Under the pieces are notes generated by a model. It was not told the DNA's origin. It saw only the letters and a list, made by a program, of their open reading frames with translations, and ran no database searches. The position numbers and the translations under genes are program-made. Below are positions 40,121 through 50,649 of a stretch of 64,000 nucleotides of DNA, piece after piece. This DNA comes from Cyanobacteriota bacterium (GTDB lineage Bacteria > Cyanobacteriota > Cyanobacteriia > Cyanobacteriales > Nostocaceae). Each line of letters starts with the position of its first letter. Positions within the stretch are counted from its first letter, which is position 1. Location: contig JBJOKS010000002.1 of the NCBI GenBank assembly GCA_046045965.1, forward strand, positions 64,001 through 128,000, given 5' to 3'.

Positions 40121-41604
40121 AATAAAGCTCAATAAAATATTGGTTTCTAGATATATTGAATCTCTGATGCAATGAACTGGAAAAACTGAGTTAACTTAAA
40201 TTTAATTCTGCCAAAAGTATTTGATTTTGTCAACAAATAAACTCCAACTAATTTTCTTGATCTTAACAAACAATTGGTACTCAAAAACATAACTGAAAAT
40301 ATGTGTTTTATCTAGACCATTCTATTAAAAGCTCATAAATCAACCATTAAATCTGTATTTCTCTTATCAAATAAGGCTTTCTCAGGTGAAAATGTGCAGA
40401 TTCCATCACAATTTCACCCATTTGCACAGTGTAGAATCAGCCATTTGTGTGGATACTATTACATCTACTAAATTAATATTTGCTTTATAAATAACCACTT
40501 TGAGTAAGAAACTGAGTTATCTTAAAAATTCATCAAATACCAAAGCCGAATTATGATGTTTCTCTGAAAAAAAGATATTTATGTTCAAAACAAAGAGGTG
40601 TGTATTTAATTATTTGTGACTTACTAGACAATTTTTCAGTAAATCTTCATAGCTCAAGGTAAATAGACTGGATAACACCTAAATCCCCAAACCCTTGCCG
40701 CACAAATTCCAGTCAAAGATTATACGATTATACCGATTGAGTAGTTAAAAGTGAGTTCATGACCTCAAAATATTTTTGATAAACTTACTGTAAATGAACT
40801 ATTCAATTTCTATAAAGTGTGCTAGTCTTTGTATTAATTCAATATTTAAAAGCAGCAAAGGCATCAGTCAATTAATTGAACATGAACAGGAAAAAATACT
40901 ATAATCTAACCACTGTTGTTGGCACGATCAAACCGTTTAAGTATTTTTTATCTTGGCATGAATTTAGATTCAGGGTTGTGTTCTTTCTGTAACGAGCTTG
41001 GCAGCTTTTATTGGTCGAATCCCATAAAATATATTATCCTGGACGGTGAAACTGGCTATGGTCTTTATTAAGAGACAGAACGTTTTGATTAACACTAGTT
41101 ACGTTTCTGTATTGAAGCTAGATCATCCAAATGGGACAAGAAAAAAACACATTTCTAATTACATCCCTACTCTTGATGTTCCCTTCATTGGGATGCAATT
41201 CACCAATTTAGTACCTAAAGCACATCCAGAAAATTTTACTAGTTTCTGCAATATCTAGAGTCCTTTGTGTAGAGGTTCCTAAATTCTGTGGACAAAATTT
41301 ACCTTTCTAATATGCCCCAGTATTTACTCATAAAGTCTCTGATAAAACAACAAAAGGAAAGATAACCTTGTATAGTATTTTTCTAGGATTACAACGTTAC
41401 TAAATTGCATCACTACACCAGCAATGGCAATTATTTAGACGTGAAATTAAGGCAGTATTTACCGTGTAGTTTTGATGGATGAAAAGCCGGATTTCTTATG
41501 CAGCTAACTACTGCTGTTAAGCAGAAATAGCTTCATTATTTATGTGTAAGTGACAGGAATTACTGTAGCTAAATAATCCACAGTCCCCAAGATTACTCTA
41601 TGCC

Positions 41605-44600
41605 ATGATGTCTGCTGATTTAATTAATACTGCTTTGGCAGAGTTGGAGAGCCTTATTAACAGTTGTGAAAAGGATTTGATTAGGTTTATAGAGGGAAAA
41701 AAAATGAAATCAGAAAATCAAATGTCAACTCACAAAATTAACAGACAACTGCAACAAAATCCCATCGCAATTGTCGGTATGGCATCTTTATTACCACAAG
41801 CCAGAAACCTACGACAATACTGGGCAAATATTGTTAACAAAATTGATTGTATTACCGATGTTCCTGATACCCATTGGAGCGTTAAAGATTACTACGATCC
41901 CAACCCCAGAACACCAGAGGATAAAACCTATTGTAAACGTGGCGGTTTTATTCCTGAAGTTGATTTTAACCCGATGGAATTTGGTATTCCTCCCAGCATT
42001 TTAGAAGTTACTGATGTATCGCAACTGTTAAGTTTAGTAGTTGCGAAAGAAGCAATGGAAGATGCTGGTTATGGTGAATCTCGTGAATTTAGCCGCGAGA
42101 ATGTGGGTGTAATTTTAGGTGTAGCAATGGCTAAACAGTTGGGGATGCCATTATCTGCTAGATTAGAATATCCGATTTGGGAAAAAGTTCTCAAAAGTAG
42201 CGGTTTATCTGATGAAGATACTCAGAAAATCGTTGAAAAAATCAAAAGTGCATACATTAAATGGGATGAAAACGCTTTTCCTGGAATGTTAGCAAATGTT
42301 GTTGCTGGACGTATTGCTAACCGCCTCAATTTTGGGGGCATGAATTGTGTGGTTGATGCGGCTTGTGCTAGTTCCTTCGGTGCTTTGAAAATGGCAATTA
42401 GTGAACTGGTTGAACATCGCAGCGATATGATGCTGACGGGTGGTGTGGATACCGATAACACCATCATGGCGTACATTTCTTTTAGCAAAACTCCCGCTGT
42501 TTCTCCTAGCGAAAACGTCAAACCTTTCGATGCTAAATCAGACGGGATGATGTTAGGTGAAGGTATCGGGATGATTGTTATTAAACGTCTCGAAGATGCG
42601 GAACGAGATGGTGATAAAATCTATGCAGTTATTAAAGGTATTGGCACTTCTAGCGATGGACGCTATAAGAGTATTTATGCTCCCCGAAAAGAAGGACAAG
42701 TTAAAGCTTTAGAACGTGCTTACAATGATGCTGGTTTTTCTCCTGCTACTGTGGGTTTGATGGAAGCACATGGTACAGGAACAATGGCTGGAGATCCTAC
42801 AGAATTTGGTTCTTTACGAGATTTCTTGAATCAATATGACAACAAAAAACAGCATATTGCTTTAGGTAGTGTAAAATCTCAAATTGGACATACTAAAGCC
42901 GCTGCTGGTGCTGCTAGTTTAATTAAAACTGCACTGGCACTACATCACAAGATTTTACCACCAACTATCAATATTACTGAGCCAAATCCTAAGCTCGATA
43001 TTCAAAATTCTTCGTTTTATTTAAACACGGAAACTAGACCTTGGATTCGTGCAGAAGGTGAAGCACCAAGACGTGCGGGTGTGAGTTCTTTCGGTTTTGG
43101 TGGCACTAATTATCACGTTGTTTTGGAAGAATACGAAGCGGAACAACAACAAGCTTATCGTTTACATAATGCGGCAAGTGAAATGTTATTATTTGCTGCC
43201 AATCCATCTGAATTAATCAACAAGTTAGAAGCAACTTTCAATAATTTGCAATCTCATGAGGGAGAAAGACATTACTCGCAATTAGTCCAAGAATCGAAGT
43301 CTTTAACTATTCCTAAAACTGCGGCGAGAATTGGGTTTGTAGCTGAGAATGTGCAAGAAACTTGTAAGTTATTGAAAGTTAGTATTGATTTGCTGAAAAA
43401 TAAGCCTTCAGCAGTTTCTTGGGAACATCCTCAAGGTATTTATTACCGTGCTTCTGGGATGGAATTGGGTGGAAAAGTTGTGGCTTTATTCTCTGGACAA
43501 GGTTCTCAATACCTAGAAATGGGTAGAGAAGCAGTGATGAATTTCCCAGCTTTACGCCGTCTTTATGGGTTAATGGATGGGTTGTTAATTAAGGATAATT
43601 TGCAGCCAATTTCTCAAATTGTTTTCCCCCATCCGACTTTTGAGGAAGCAGAAAAAACTGCTCAAATTGCAGCTTTACAAAGAACTGAATATGCTCAACC
43701 TGCAATTGGTGTATTTAGTGCGGGACTGTATTCTATTTTCCAACAAGCTGGGTTTAAATCAGATTTTGCAGCGGGTCATAGTTTTGGAGAATTGACGGCT
43801 TTGTGGGCTGCGGGAGTGTTAACTGAGGAAGATTATTTGTACTTGGTTAAGTCTAGAGGTCAAGCGATGGCTGCACCAAAAGATCCTGACCATGATGCGG
43901 GTAGTATGTTAGCGGTGAAGGAAGATATTAATAAAGTGGAAGCGGTACTGCGGAATTTTCCCCAGGTTGCGATCGCTAATTTTAATTCTCCCACTCAAGT
44001 TGTTTTAGCAGGTCCTACTGCGGAAATTAAGAAAATTCAACAGAAGTTTCAAGAGTTAGGATATGGAGCGGTATTGTTACCAGTTTCCGCTGCTTTCCAC
44101 ACACCTTTAATTGCATTTGCTCAAAAATCATTTGCGATCGCTACTAAATCTGTTGCCTTCCAAAATCCGCAAATTCCCGTTTTTAGCAACGTCACTGGTA
44201 AACAATATCCCCAAGAACCTTCCAGCATTCAAAGAGTATTAGAAAATCATCTTTCTAACTCAGTGATGTTTAAACAAGAGATAGAAAATATCTATGCTGC
44301 TGGTGGTTACTGCTTCGTAGAATTTGGACCAAAACGCATTCTTAGCAACTTGGTAAAAGATATTTTAGGCGAGCGTCCACATATTACAATATCACTCAAT
44401 CCTAGTACCCAGAAAAACAGCGATCGCTCCCTCAGAGAAGCAGCAATACAACTGCGCGTCATTGGTATGGCTTTAAATGATCTTGACCCCTACCAACTAC
44501 CCCCAACATTACCTCCAGCCGCCACCAAAAAAGCCTTAAACGTCAAATTAAGAGGTATTAATTACGTTTCCGAAAAAACCAAAAATGCCTTCACTGAAGC

Positions 44601-46989
44601 ATTACAGGATGGGTTCAAAATCAAAGGAATTCAAGAGTCTAGAAATTTAGATATTCAGAATTTACCAACTCCTGAAATGCCTGTAATTCCTTCTAATAAC
44701 GGTCATAACGGTAATGGTAACGGAAACGGAAATGGGCACAAAAAAACCCCAGTAATTACTTCTTCACAAACAGTTCCCCAGATGAATCCGGCTACACCTG
44801 TAAATTCAAATCAAGTAACCAAAGAATTATTACCTACAGCACGCTATGCTATCGCAGAACGTCCAGGAGGGAAAATGGAAACACCAGATAAACATAACAA
44901 CTTCCAACAGGTTCTGGAAAGTTTAGAAAACCTCCTGAACCAGTTTCAAGAAAACCAAGGCGATAACTTACAAATTCACGGGACTTATTTAAGTCATCAA
45001 ATGGAATATGCCAAAACATTTTTCCAACTGATGCAACAACAAAACGCCCTGTTTATGAACAGTAAAGCTTCAGAAACTGCCCAAATCAAACAAGTAGTCA
45101 TGGAAAGCTTCGAGCGTAGCATGATGCAGTTTCACAGCCAACAAAGTGAAACCCTCCGCATTCATGAACAATATTTGCGTGAACAAGTAGAATACACTAA
45201 AAACTTTTTCCAACTCATTCAACAAGAATATTCTCTACTAATTGACGGTACAGAAACAAATCAACCAGTAATTCCGCCCCAATTTACCGAGACACACACC
45301 AACAGTCTCCGGGAATTGATGCCACAAAACCCAGAACCAACGATTACAGAAACAGTTGTTCCTCCTACCGCCAAAATAGTAGAAACTCAAGAACCTGTAA
45401 TTATCCAAACTGCACCTGCAATAGAAACAGTTCCCGTTGCTAAAATTGTAGAACCTGTAATAGAAACACCTGCTCCAGTTGTAGAAAAGCCAGTAGAAAA
45501 GCAACCTGAACCAATTGCACCCATAGCATTAATTCCAGAACCAACAAACTCTGGAGTTAATATTAAAGAAATAGGTAAAAATCTCCTAGCTATTACTAGT
45601 GAAAAAACCGGTTATCCCATCGAAATGTTAGAGTTTGACATGGACATGGAAGCTGACCTGGGAATTGACTCCATCAAACGGGTAGAAATTCTGGGAGGAT
45701 TGCAAGAATTATACCCCAACCTACCCAAACCAAACTTAGAAGAACTGGCAGAAAAACGCACCATTGGTCAAGTTGTTGAATATCTGCAAAAACAGGTTGC
45801 AGTTAACAGTTCAGAAGTAAAAAATGAGGTGACAGAAGAGGTAATAGGTGACAGGTTACAGGTGACAGAGGAAGTACAACAAGAGTTAGTCATTCCTCCC
45901 CAGTCCCTAGTTCCCAGTCCCCAGTCCCTAGTCCCCAGTACCGAATACCTTGATTTAGCCCAAACCCTGTTAAACATTACCAGTGAAAAAACAGGCTACC
46001 CAGTCGAGATGCTAGAACTAGACATGGACATGGAAGCTGACCTGGGAATTGACTCCATCAAACGGGTAGAAATACTGGGAGGAATGCAAGAAGCATACCC
46101 CGACTTACCCAAACCAAACATAGAAGAATTAGGCGACCTGCGGACAATTGGACAGATAGTGAACTACCTCCAGAAACTGGTGGCAGGTGAAAAAAAAAAG
46201 CTTGATTCTGACCAGATAGAACCACAAATAGAAACAATAGAAAAAGTGGTGGACTTAACCCCACCACTACCAGCAGACCCAAATTTACCACGTCGTCCAG
46301 CTAAACTTAAAACATTACCCAAACCTGATTTTTGGGAATGTAAATTACCAGAGGGACACATTGGTTTAATCACCGATGATGGTTCCCTCACCACCACCAA
46401 ACTAGCTCACGCACTTATTGAACAAGGTTGGAAAGTAGTAGTTTTAAGTTTCCCCCAATCATTAGTTGCAGAACAATTTCCATTACCAGCAGAAGTTACC
46501 CGCATCACCTTGGCAAACATGAGTGAAGAACATCTGCAACTACTCTTACAAAGTATCACCATTCAACACGGAAAAATTGGGGCATTCATTCACCTACATC
46601 CACAATTCACCACCTCTTATTTAGAAACAGAAAAAGCGATTGTCAAGCAAGTATTTTTGATGGCGAAACATCTCAAACAATCGCTCAACACAGCCGCAGA
46701 TTTAGAAGGAAGAGTGAGCTTTTGTACAGTTGCCCATCTCGACGGTGCATTTGGTTTAAACCACACAGAAGACTTCGGAATTATCGGTGCCGGATTATTT
46801 GGATTAACAAAGAGTTTGAGATGGGAATGGCCAAAAGTATTCTTGAGAGCAATTGATTTACATCCCAACTTAGACCCACACCAATCAGCAGAATATATTG
46901 TAGCAGAATTGCACGATTCTAACCGATATATTGGTGAAGTTGGTTATAGCTCCAAAGGACGAGTCACACTCATAGCTGAAGCTGAATAA
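41605..46989 (+). CDS. hglE: Heterocyst glycolipid synthase (KS-AT-ACP-ACP, PfaA-like)
   Basis: KS DAACASS/HGTGT/IGHTK, AT GHSFG, two ACP LGIDSI motifs; exact start uncertain. Confidence 0.92.
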   Translation: MMSADLINTALAELESLINSCEKDLIRFIEGKKMKSENQMSTHKINRQLQQNPIAIVGMASLLPQARNLRQYWANIVNKIDCITDVPDTHWSVKDYYDPNPRTPEDKTYCKRGGFIPEVDFNPMEFGIPPSILEVTDVSQLLSLVVAKEAMEDAGYGESREFSRENVGVILGVAMAKQLGMPLSARLEYPIWEKVLKSSGLSDEDTQKIVEKIKSAYIKWDENAFPGMLANVVAGRIANRLNFGGMNCVVDAACASSFGALKMAISELVEHRSDMMLTGGVDTDNTIMAYISFSKTPAVSPSENVKPFDAKSDGMMLGEGIGMIVIKRLEDAERDGDKIYAVIKGIGTSSDGRYKSIYAPRKEGQVKALERAYNDAGFSPATVGLMEAHGTGTMAGDPTEFGSLRDFLNQYDNKKQHIALGSVKSQIGHTKAAAGAASLIKTALALHHKILPPTINITEPNPKLDIQNSSFYLNTETRPWIRAEGEAPRRAGVSSFGFGGTNYHVVLEEYEAEQQQAYRLHNAASEMLLFAANPSELINKLEATFNNLQSHEGERHYSQLVQESKSLTIPKTAARIGFVAENVQETCKLLKVSIDLLKNKPSAVSWEHPQGIYYRASGMELGGKVVALFSGQGSQYLEMGREAVMNFPALRRLYGLMDGLLIKDNLQPISQIVFPHPTFEEAEKTAQIAALQRTEYAQPAIGVFSAGLYSIFQQAGFKSDFAAGHSFGELTALWAAGVLTEEDYLYLVKSRGQAMAAPKDPDHDAGSMLAVKEDINKVEAVLRNFPQVAIANFNSPTQVVLAGPTAEIKKIQQKFQELGYGAVLLPVSAAFHTPLIAFAQKSFAIATKSVAFQNPQIPVFSNVTGKQYPQEPSSIQRVLENHLSNSVMFKQEIENIYAAGGYCFVEFGPKRILSNLVKDILGERPHITISLNPSTQKNSDRSLREAAIQLRVIGMALNDLDPYQLPPTLPPAATKKALNVKLRGINYVSEKTKNAFTEALQDGFKIKGIQESRNLDIQNLPTPEMPVIPSNNGHNGNGNGNGNGHKKTPVITSSQTVPQMNPATPVNSNQVTKELLPTARYAIAERPGGKMETPDKHNNFQQVLESLENLLNQFQENQGDNLQIHGTYLSHQMEYAKTFFQLMQQQNALFMNSKASETAQIKQVVMESFERSMMQFHSQQSETLRIHEQYLREQVEYTKNFFQLIQQEYSLLIDGTETNQPVIPPQFTETHTNSLRELMPQNPEPTITETVVPPTAKIVETQEPVIIQTAPAIETVPVAKIVEPVIETPAPVVEKPVEKQPEPIAPIALIPEPTNSGVNIKEIGKNLLAITSEKTGYPIEMLEFDMDMEADLGIDSIKRVEILGGLQELYPNLPKPNLEELAEKRTIGQVVEYLQKQVAVNSSEVKNEVTEEVIGDRLQVTEEVQQELVIPPQSLVPSPQSLVPSTEYLDLAQTLLNITSEKTGYPVEMLELDMDMEADLGIDSIKRVEILGGMQEAYPDLPKPNIEELGDLRTIGQIVNYLQKLVAGEKKKLDSDQIEPQIETIEKVVDLTPPLPADPNLPRRPAKLKTLPKPDFWECKLPEGHIGLITDDGSLTTTKLAHALIEQGWKVVVLSFPQSLVAEQFPLPAEVTRITLANMSEEHLQLLLQSITIQHGKIGAFIHLHPQFTTSYLETEKAIVKQVFLMAKHLKQSLNTAADLEGRVSFCTVAHLDGAFGLNHTEDFGIIGAGLFGLTKSLRWEWPKVFLRAIDLHPNLDPHQSAEYIVAELHDSNRYIGEVGYSSKGRVTLIAEAE

Positions 46990-47034
46990 TTTGTCAGGTG
47001 GGCATTGCCCACCACACAAATAAACTATGTTTCG

Positions 47035-47205
47035 CTTATCTTCTTCTCTTCTTCCTTTCTTCCTTCGTGTACTTCGTGTCCTTCGTGGTTCATTAAATCT
47101 TCTTCTTTGTGTCTTTGCGTGAGATTTTAATTAATCATTTTCTGTTATGGGTAAGGATTTCTTTTAAAACGAACCGCAGAGGCGCAGAGAACACAGAGAG
47201 AAGAA
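47035..47205. repeat. Pyrimidine/purine-rich dispersed repeat remnants
   Basis: (CTTCGTGT) tandem units ending GGTTCATT and an inversely oriented GAACCGCAGAGGCGCAGAGAACACAGAG. Confidence 0.55.
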
Positions 47206-47327
47206 TAATTTATGCACTGACTTTTATGTAGCTAGAGATTTATTTACCTATGCAGACAAATGAAATGTTTTGAAGTTCGGAATTTTTAATTTTTAATTTT
47301 TAATTTTTAATTCATCACCGAGGAATT

Positions 47328-49058
47328 ATGACAGCAACACTTCAAGTTAGCCCATCATCTGTTTTTGTTGTAAGTGGTGGAGCTAAGGGAATCACTGCAC
47401 AATGCACAATTAAATTAGCACAAAATCAACCTTGTAAATTCATTCTTTTAGGTCGTTCTGAAATTACCCCAGAACCAGAATATGCACGTGACTGTTTAGA
47501 AGATGCAGCTTTGAAAAAACGCATCATGGAAAATTTGATTTCTCAAGGTGAGAAACCGACACCCATGATGGTACAAAAGATATTTAATGAGATTAATTCT
47601 AGCCGAGAAATTAAAAAGACCTTGGCTGCAATTGAAGAAGCGAGTGCAAAGGCTGAATATATCAGCGTTGATGTGACTGATACTGTAGCTTTAAAAGAAA
47701 AACTCAACGCTGTAGCTCAAAAGTTTGGTCAAATTACAGGTATTATTCACGGTGCTGGTAACTTAGCTGATAAGTTAATTGAAAAGAAAACTTCTGAGGA
47801 TTTTGAAAAGGTTTACACAGCTAAAGTGCAAGGATTACAAAATTTACTCAATTGTATTAATCCTCAGCAATTGCAGCATTTAGTTTTGTTTTCTTCCGTG
47901 ACTGGTTTTTATGGAAATATTGGACAAAGTGATTATGCGATCGCTAATGAAATTCTCAATAAATCATCTCACCAATTTAAGAAAAATTACCCAAACTCTC
48001 ATGTAGTTGCAATTAACTGGGGTGGTTGGGATAGTGGTATGGTGACACCACAACTCAAAAAAGCATTTGCTGAAAGAGGAATTGACATTATTCCTGTAGA
48101 TATTGGTACACAAATGTTAGTTAATGAACTACATCCCGCTTATCAAAATCAGTCGCAAGTTGTAATTGGTAGTCCCATGAATCTACCACCAACACCATTA
48201 GATAATAAACTAAAAAGCTATCGCATCCGCAGACGGATGACATTAGCAGAAAATCCTTTTTTATATGATCATACCATTGCCGGGGCGCAAGTATTACCAG
48301 CCACCTGCGCCATGTCTTGGATGATTCATGCTTGTGAAGAAATTTATCCCGGTTATCGCTACTTGAATTGCAAAGAATTTAAGGTATTAAAAGGAATTAC
48401 CTTTAATTCAAGTCTTGCAGATGAATATATTCTAGAGATTCAAGAACTATCCAAAGTAGATGGTGATTTTATTGAATTTCAGACCAAGATATTGAGTAAA
48501 AATGCTCAATGTAAAACTCATTTTCATTTCTCTGCTATCATCAAAGTAGTGGGAAAAATGCCAGAAGCACCCATGTATGAATCTCTGAATCTCACGGAAG
48601 ATAATATTATTACCACCACAGGTAAAGGATTTTATCAAAATGGTAATTCAACCTTATTTCATGGACCAGCATTTCAAGAAATTACCAGAGTATTAAATGT
48701 TAACCCTAATAAAATTACTGTAGAGTGTTGTTGGCAAGAAATATCTGAACAAGCACAAGGACAATTTCCTGTTAAATGGCATAATCCTTATACTACAGAT
48801 ATCAGTACCCAATCACTTTGGATTTGGTTAAATCACTTTCATCAAGAAGTATGTTTACCAGGACAATTAACATATTCAGAACAGTTTTTAGCCGTACCTT
48901 GTAACTCACCATTTTATGTATCTTGCGAAATCGAAAATAAAACAGATACTGGAGCAACAGCTAATTTTATTCTACACAGTCATGAAGGGAAAATATACTC
49001 ACGAATTTTAGGAGCAAAGGCAGTAATTTGGCCAATGAAAATGTTAAATAAGAAGTAA
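47328..49058 (+). CDS. hglG: Ketoreductase + dehydratase subunit
   Basis: SGGAKGITA, HGAGNLAD, GQSDYAIAN; DH motif DHTIAGAQVLP, FHGPAFQ. Confidence 0.88.
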   Translation: MTATLQVSPSSVFVVSGGAKGITAQCTIKLAQNQPCKFILLGRSEITPEPEYARDCLEDAALKKRIMENLISQGEKPTPMMVQKIFNEINSSREIKKTLAAIEEASAKAEYISVDVTDTVALKEKLNAVAQKFGQITGIIHGAGNLADKLIEKKTSEDFEKVYTAKVQGLQNLLNCINPQQLQHLVLFSSVTGFYGNIGQSDYAIANEILNKSSHQFKKNYPNSHVVAINWGGWDSGMVTPQLKKAFAERGIDIIPVDIGTQMLVNELHPAYQNQSQVVIGSPMNLPPTPLDNKLKSYRIRRRMTLAENPFLYDHTIAGAQVLPATCAMSWMIHACEEIYPGYRYLNCKEFKVLKGITFNSSLADEYILEIQELSKVDGDFIEFQTKILSKNAQCKTHFHFSAIIKVVGKMPEAPMYESLNLTEDNIITTTGKGFYQNGNSTLFHGPAFQEITRVLNVNPNKITVECCWQEISEQAQGQFPVKWHNPYTTDISTQSLWIWLNHFHQEVCLPGQLTYSEQFLAVPCNSPFYVSCEIENKTDTGATANFILHSHEGKIYSRILGAKAVIWPMKMLNKK

Positions 49059-49065
49059 AGACACA

Positions 49066-49164
49066 AATTGTAGGTTGGGTTAAGCGATAGCGCAACCCAA
49101 CAACATTACCAAAATATTGAATTTATTAATGTTGGGTTTCCTTACGTCAACCCAACCTACAATT
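49066..49164. repeat. REP-like inverted-repeat element
   Basis: Terminal IR AATTGTAGGTTGGGTT...AACCCAACCTACAATT; second copy at 53964-54038. Confidence 0.85.
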
Positions 49165-49287
49165 AAAACTTTGAACCACGTTTGGGGGAATCGCGTAAAT
49201 CCTAAAACACTATGAGGGAATTAAATTAAGGATTAATTCTTAATTCTTAATTCTTAATTTCCTCCTACCCCAACGAGGATTTCAACA

Positions 49288-50649
49288 GTGGAAAAAATAG
49301 CCATCATTGGATTATCATGCCTCTTTCCAGACGCAAACAATCCTGAACAATTTTGGCAGAATCTCAGCGAAGAAAAAGACTCAACCTCTGATATTAGCGT
49401 AGCCGATTTAGGTTTAGATCCTAGCATATTTTACGATGCTAACAAAGGCAAACCGGAAAAATTTTACTTTCTTAAAGGTGGATTTATTCGGAACTTTGAT
49501 TTTAATCCTAGTGAGTACAATTTACCTGGGGAATTTGTACAAAGCTTGGACAATACTTTTAAATGGTCACTGTATGCGGCTAAACAAGCAATTGTTAACA
49601 GTGGCTATTGGGGAAATGAATCTGCACTCTCAAAATGTGGCGTAATTTTAGGAACTCTCGCTTTACCAACTAAAGCATCAAATCAATTGTTTGCACCTAT
49701 TTATCAGCAAACCATTGAACCTGCAATTAGTGAACTTCTACAAGAAAAAGATTTCCGTCTAGGTGGTTCATTAACCGCAGCCAAAGCATCACCCTATAAT
49801 GCGATGGTTTCCGGTTTACCTGCTGCCATAATTTCCCGTGCATTTGCACTATCTGGAACTCATTGCTGTATAGATGCAGCCTGTTCATCATCATTTTATG
49901 CCATTAAATTAGCATCCCATTATTTGCAATCTGGCAAAGCAGATTTGATGTTAGCCGGTGCTATTAGTTGCTCAGATCCGTTGTTTGTAAGAATGCTATT
50001 TTCCGGTATTCAAGGATATCCAGAAAATGGCATTAGTCGCCCTCTAGATAAAGCATCACGGGGCTTAATTACCTCCGAAGGAATAGGGATGGTAATGCTG
50101 AAAAGATATAGTGATGCTGTCAGAGATGGAGATAAAATTCTCGCAACTATTTGTGGTAATGGTCTATCTAATGATGGGAAAGGTAAGCATCTCCTCAGTC
50201 CTAATGCTCAAGGGCAAATTACCGCCTATCAAAGAGCTTATGCTGAGGCAAAACTTGACCCCAAAACAATTGATTATTTAGAGTGTCATGCTACCGGCAC
50301 TCTATTAGGAGATACCACCGAATCTAACTCTATTGAAGGCTTTTTTGGTAAAAATCAAGCAACGCCTTTAGTGGGTTCTACTAAAAATAACGTCGGTCAT
50401 TTACTCGTTGCTGCCGGTATGGTGGGGATAACAAAGACCATTTTAAGTATGTCTCATAATGTGATCCCAGCGACTATTAATGTCAGTGAACCTATGGGTT
50501 CTGAAAATAATGTTGTTTCGCCACAAAACATTGTCAGAACCGCCACAAATTGGCCGAGTAAACTCACTAAGCAAGTAGCTTTGAGCGCATTTGGATTTGG
50601 TGGAACAAACTCTCATTTAGTTTTGGAACAAGGGGAAGTCAGCAAATGA
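49288..50649 (+). CDS. hglD: Stand-alone ketosynthase
   Basis: DAACSSS, ECHATGT, VGHLL, SAFGFGGTN. Confidence 0.88.
   Translation: MEKIAIIGLSCLFPDANNPEQFWQNLSEEKDSTSDISVADLGLDPSIFYDANKGKPEKFYFLKGGFIRNFDFNPSEYNLPGEFVQSLDNTFKWSLYAAKQAIVNSGYWGNESALSKCGVILGTLALPTKASNQLFAPIYQQTIEPAISELLQEKDFRLGGSLTAAKASPYNAMVSGLPAAIISRAFALSGTHCCIDAACSSSFYAIKLASHYLQSGKADLMLAGAISCSDPLFVRMLFSGIQGYPENGISRPLDKASRGLITSEGIGMVMLKRYSDAVRDGDKILATICGNGLSNDGKGKHLLSPNAQGQITAYQRAYAEAKLDPKTIDYLECHATGTLLGDTTESNSIEGFFGKNQATPLVGSTKNNVGHLLVAAGMVGITKTILSMSHNVIPATINVSEPMGSENNVVSPQNIVRTATNWPSKLTKQVALSAFGFGGTNSHLVLEQGEVSK

Noticed and set aside
41046..41258. 70-aa ORF upstream of hglE
   Set aside because: GTG start, no recognisable motif; cannot be supported
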